DNA of 64,000 bases. Source: Carcharhinus amblyrhynchos. Lineage: Eukaryota. Below are positions 61,881-64,000 of this stretch, piece after piece (the stretch's first letter is position 1; every line of letters begins with the position of its first letter). A program made the position numbers and the translations under genes. Location: positions 53,816,001 to 53,880,000 of the forward strand of contig OZ336871.1 in the NCBI GenBank assembly GCA_965287045.1. Direction: 5' to 3'. The notes beneath the pieces were generated by a model that saw nothing but the letters and a program-made list of their open reading frames with translations, ran no database searches and was not told the origin of the DNA.

Positions 61881-62169
61881 ACAGGACTTTAACCCGGTGT
61901 TGTGAGACTTCTTACTGTGTTCCTCCATTCCCTCTCTTCTGTTGTCCATTTGGGTGGGATTGCCTGGTTTCATTCATGTTTATCCAGAGAATCACTTACA
62001 AATGCTTTTCTTCATGGTCCCACAGTGTTACCTCTAGAGCCCCCAGAGATCTTCCCTTGGTTCTCTCTTATTTCTCACCCAGGCAAAATCTGTAAGTACA
62101 ACATTGTATGTATGCTTATTGATGCCCAACTCTTCTTCATCGCAACCTCTTTTCCTCCTTCCACTGTCT

Positions 62170-62365
62170 CTGATTTGCTCTATTTTAAAATTCTTATCCT
62201 TATTTTCAAATCCCTCCCCCTTCTCTATCTCAGTAACTTCCTCCAGCCCTACATCCCACTGGGTTGTCCAGCACTCACCCAATCCTGACATCTTGCAGAA
62301 ACCTGATTTTCATAGCTCTGTGCTGACCAGGCTTTCATGTGCCTAGGCCTTAAGTTCTGGAATTC
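62170..62365 (+). mobile_element. L2-type LINE 3' fragment
   Basis: LYFKILILIFKSLPLLYLSNFLQPY; same family as 35945-36480. Confidence 0.6.
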
Positions 62366-62777
62366 CCGGGTCGGTTGAGATTATACATAAAGGCCCCACC
62401 TTCTCAACCTTGCCCCTCACCTAAGGTGTGGTGATCCTCAAGTTAACACATCACCAGTCATCTCTCCCTTTCAAAGAGTAGCAGCCTATGGTCATCTGGG
62501 ATTGCAGCAACTTTACTTACTTGTACTAAAATAGACAATTTTGGGTCATGATTTCTCTCTCCTGATTTTCACTCCCATTGATGACAACAAGTGTAATTCA
62601 GGCTGTCAATTCACCATTGCTAATTTTGCACAAATTCCAGCCTGTCACTCTCCCACATTGTGTTGGTTTGGAGATTTCTAAAGAGATATAGCCTACTGAC
62701 TAGTCCCACAAAAGGCCAAACTTTAAGAAAAGAACAACTGCTTTCAGTGAAAAATAATCATTTCATTCCTGGTGAAT

Positions 62778-63076
62778 GGCAGCACAGTGGTTGGTACTGG
62801 TACTGCTGCCTCACGGTGCCAGGGACCCAGGTTCGACTCTCATCTTGGGTCACTATCTGTGCAGAATCTGCATGTTCTCCCCACGTTTGTGGGTTTCCTC
62901 TGGGTGCTCTGGTTTCCTCTCACAGTCCGAAAGATGCGCTGGTTAGGTGCATTGGGTGTGCCAAATTCTCCCTCAGTATCCAAGCAGGTGCCAGAGTGTG
63001 GCGACTAGGGTATCTTCAAAGTAACTTCATTGCAGTGTTAATATAAGCCTACTTGTGACACTAATAAATAAATAAA
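62778..63076 (+). mobile_element. tRNA-derived V-SINE with (TAAA)n tail
   Basis: Head GGCAGCACAGTGGTT...GGTTCGACTC, V-domain GGGTTTCCTCTGGGTGCTCTGGTTTCCTCTCACAGTCC, tail CTTGTGACACTAATAAATAAATAAA. Confidence 0.82.
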
Positions 63077-63329
63077 TTTGTTAATCTATTGTTGAATAAA
63101 TTAATTTGCTGGTTAAATTTGCAGAAAAAAACCTGGAAGCAGCAATTATCTCCCTGAAGATGTGAGAAAGATTCTGTGGAAAGACAGGATAAATCTGGTA
63201 GCCAAAGAATTTTTAAAGGAAGTACATTCTATTTCCTCAGATAGCTCTCAAAACTTACATGGTTTTTAGAGCCAGTTAAGGTATTCTTGAGGCATTAAGG
63301 AAATAAGAATCCATCTACATGAAGAATTT

Positions 63330-63800
63330 AGAAGCCATAAGCATCCTGGATAAAGAAGGAGCAGAGGAGTCGCAAAAGTGTAAGAGTGGTCACTCTTTAT
63401 CATCTCTTTGCAAACACTGAGATGTTTGTCGGTCTTTCATGAGGAGAGAATTGCATGAGCATTTGCTAATAATTTCCTCTGTTCAGCATCCAACAAATCA
63501 CTTTACAAGAAATTATATTTTTTGGAAAAAAATGGTCAGAATTTATCCAAGTAATTCATCATAAATACTATTATCTCTGTGCCTTTCTTGTAGTGTGGCA
63601 TTGGCAGTTGCTGGATAGCTGTAATTTCCATTTTGTCAGCCTTAACACTTTTACAAGCAATGGCATCACCAACAAACATGATGCCAAACACCCAATTATC
63701 CTTGTTATTTTTAAGTTTGATTCTCATAGAAACTTCAGTTTCCAAAGTCATGATTCTCTTTGGACTAACACCACACTATTTGGGCATCCATCTATGTGTC
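63330..63800 (-). mobile_element. Decayed Gypsy-type LTR retrotransposon pol fragment (end of RT)
   Basis: IKLKNNKDNWVFGIMFVGDAIACKSVKADKMEITAIQQLPMPHYKKGTEIIVFMMNYLDKF resembles LKLNxxKCxF...FLGHxIS..GVKPD..KVxAI..MPxP...FLGMVNYLxKF. Confidence 0.55.
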
Positions 63801-64000
63801 AGTATGTTCAGGATATTTATGTATCATGTGTATGGATTTGTCATATACTTCTGGAGTTCAGGCAATACCAGATGGGAAGCTTAAGAAACTTTTAGAGGAA
63901 TTACATCTGCATAATGCAGTATTTATTTCATGAAACTTCAGTTGCCAGAAAATTGGGTATACATGTAGTATGGTAAAAGAATCTGCACTGCCAAACTTTG

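Noticed and set aside
36000-64000. Evx1
   Set aside because: No Evx homeobox was found; it presumably lies beyond the window end.

Overview
Vertebrate genomic DNA, most likely from an elasmobranch (shark), judged from the Hox protein sequences and the HE1/V-SINE, DeuSINE, CR1 and Penelope-type repeats. The window covers the 5' (posterior) end of the HoxA cluster on the minus strand. It holds intact two-exon HoxA11 (7449-9526) and HoxA13 (21811-23137) genes and no recognisable HoxA12. About 6-10 kb beyond HoxA13 lies a decayed HoxA14 pseudogene with the Hox14-type split homeobox (clear remnant at 29370-29674, probable exon 1 at 32172-32785). By eye, the first ~36 kb is free of transposons and retains CpG; it carries candidate CTCF sites and CCAAT/E-box promoter modules. 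From ~36 kb the sequence becomes CpG-poor and packed with nested repeats: L2, CR1 and Rex1 LINEs, SINEs, a decayed PIF/Harbinger transposon with related MITEs, Penelope-derived hairpins (one carrying a minimal hammerhead ribozyme motif) and a Gypsy pol fragment. Neither HoxA10 nor Evx1 was found in the window. All calls were made by manual reading; no searches were run, and repeat boundaries are approximate.
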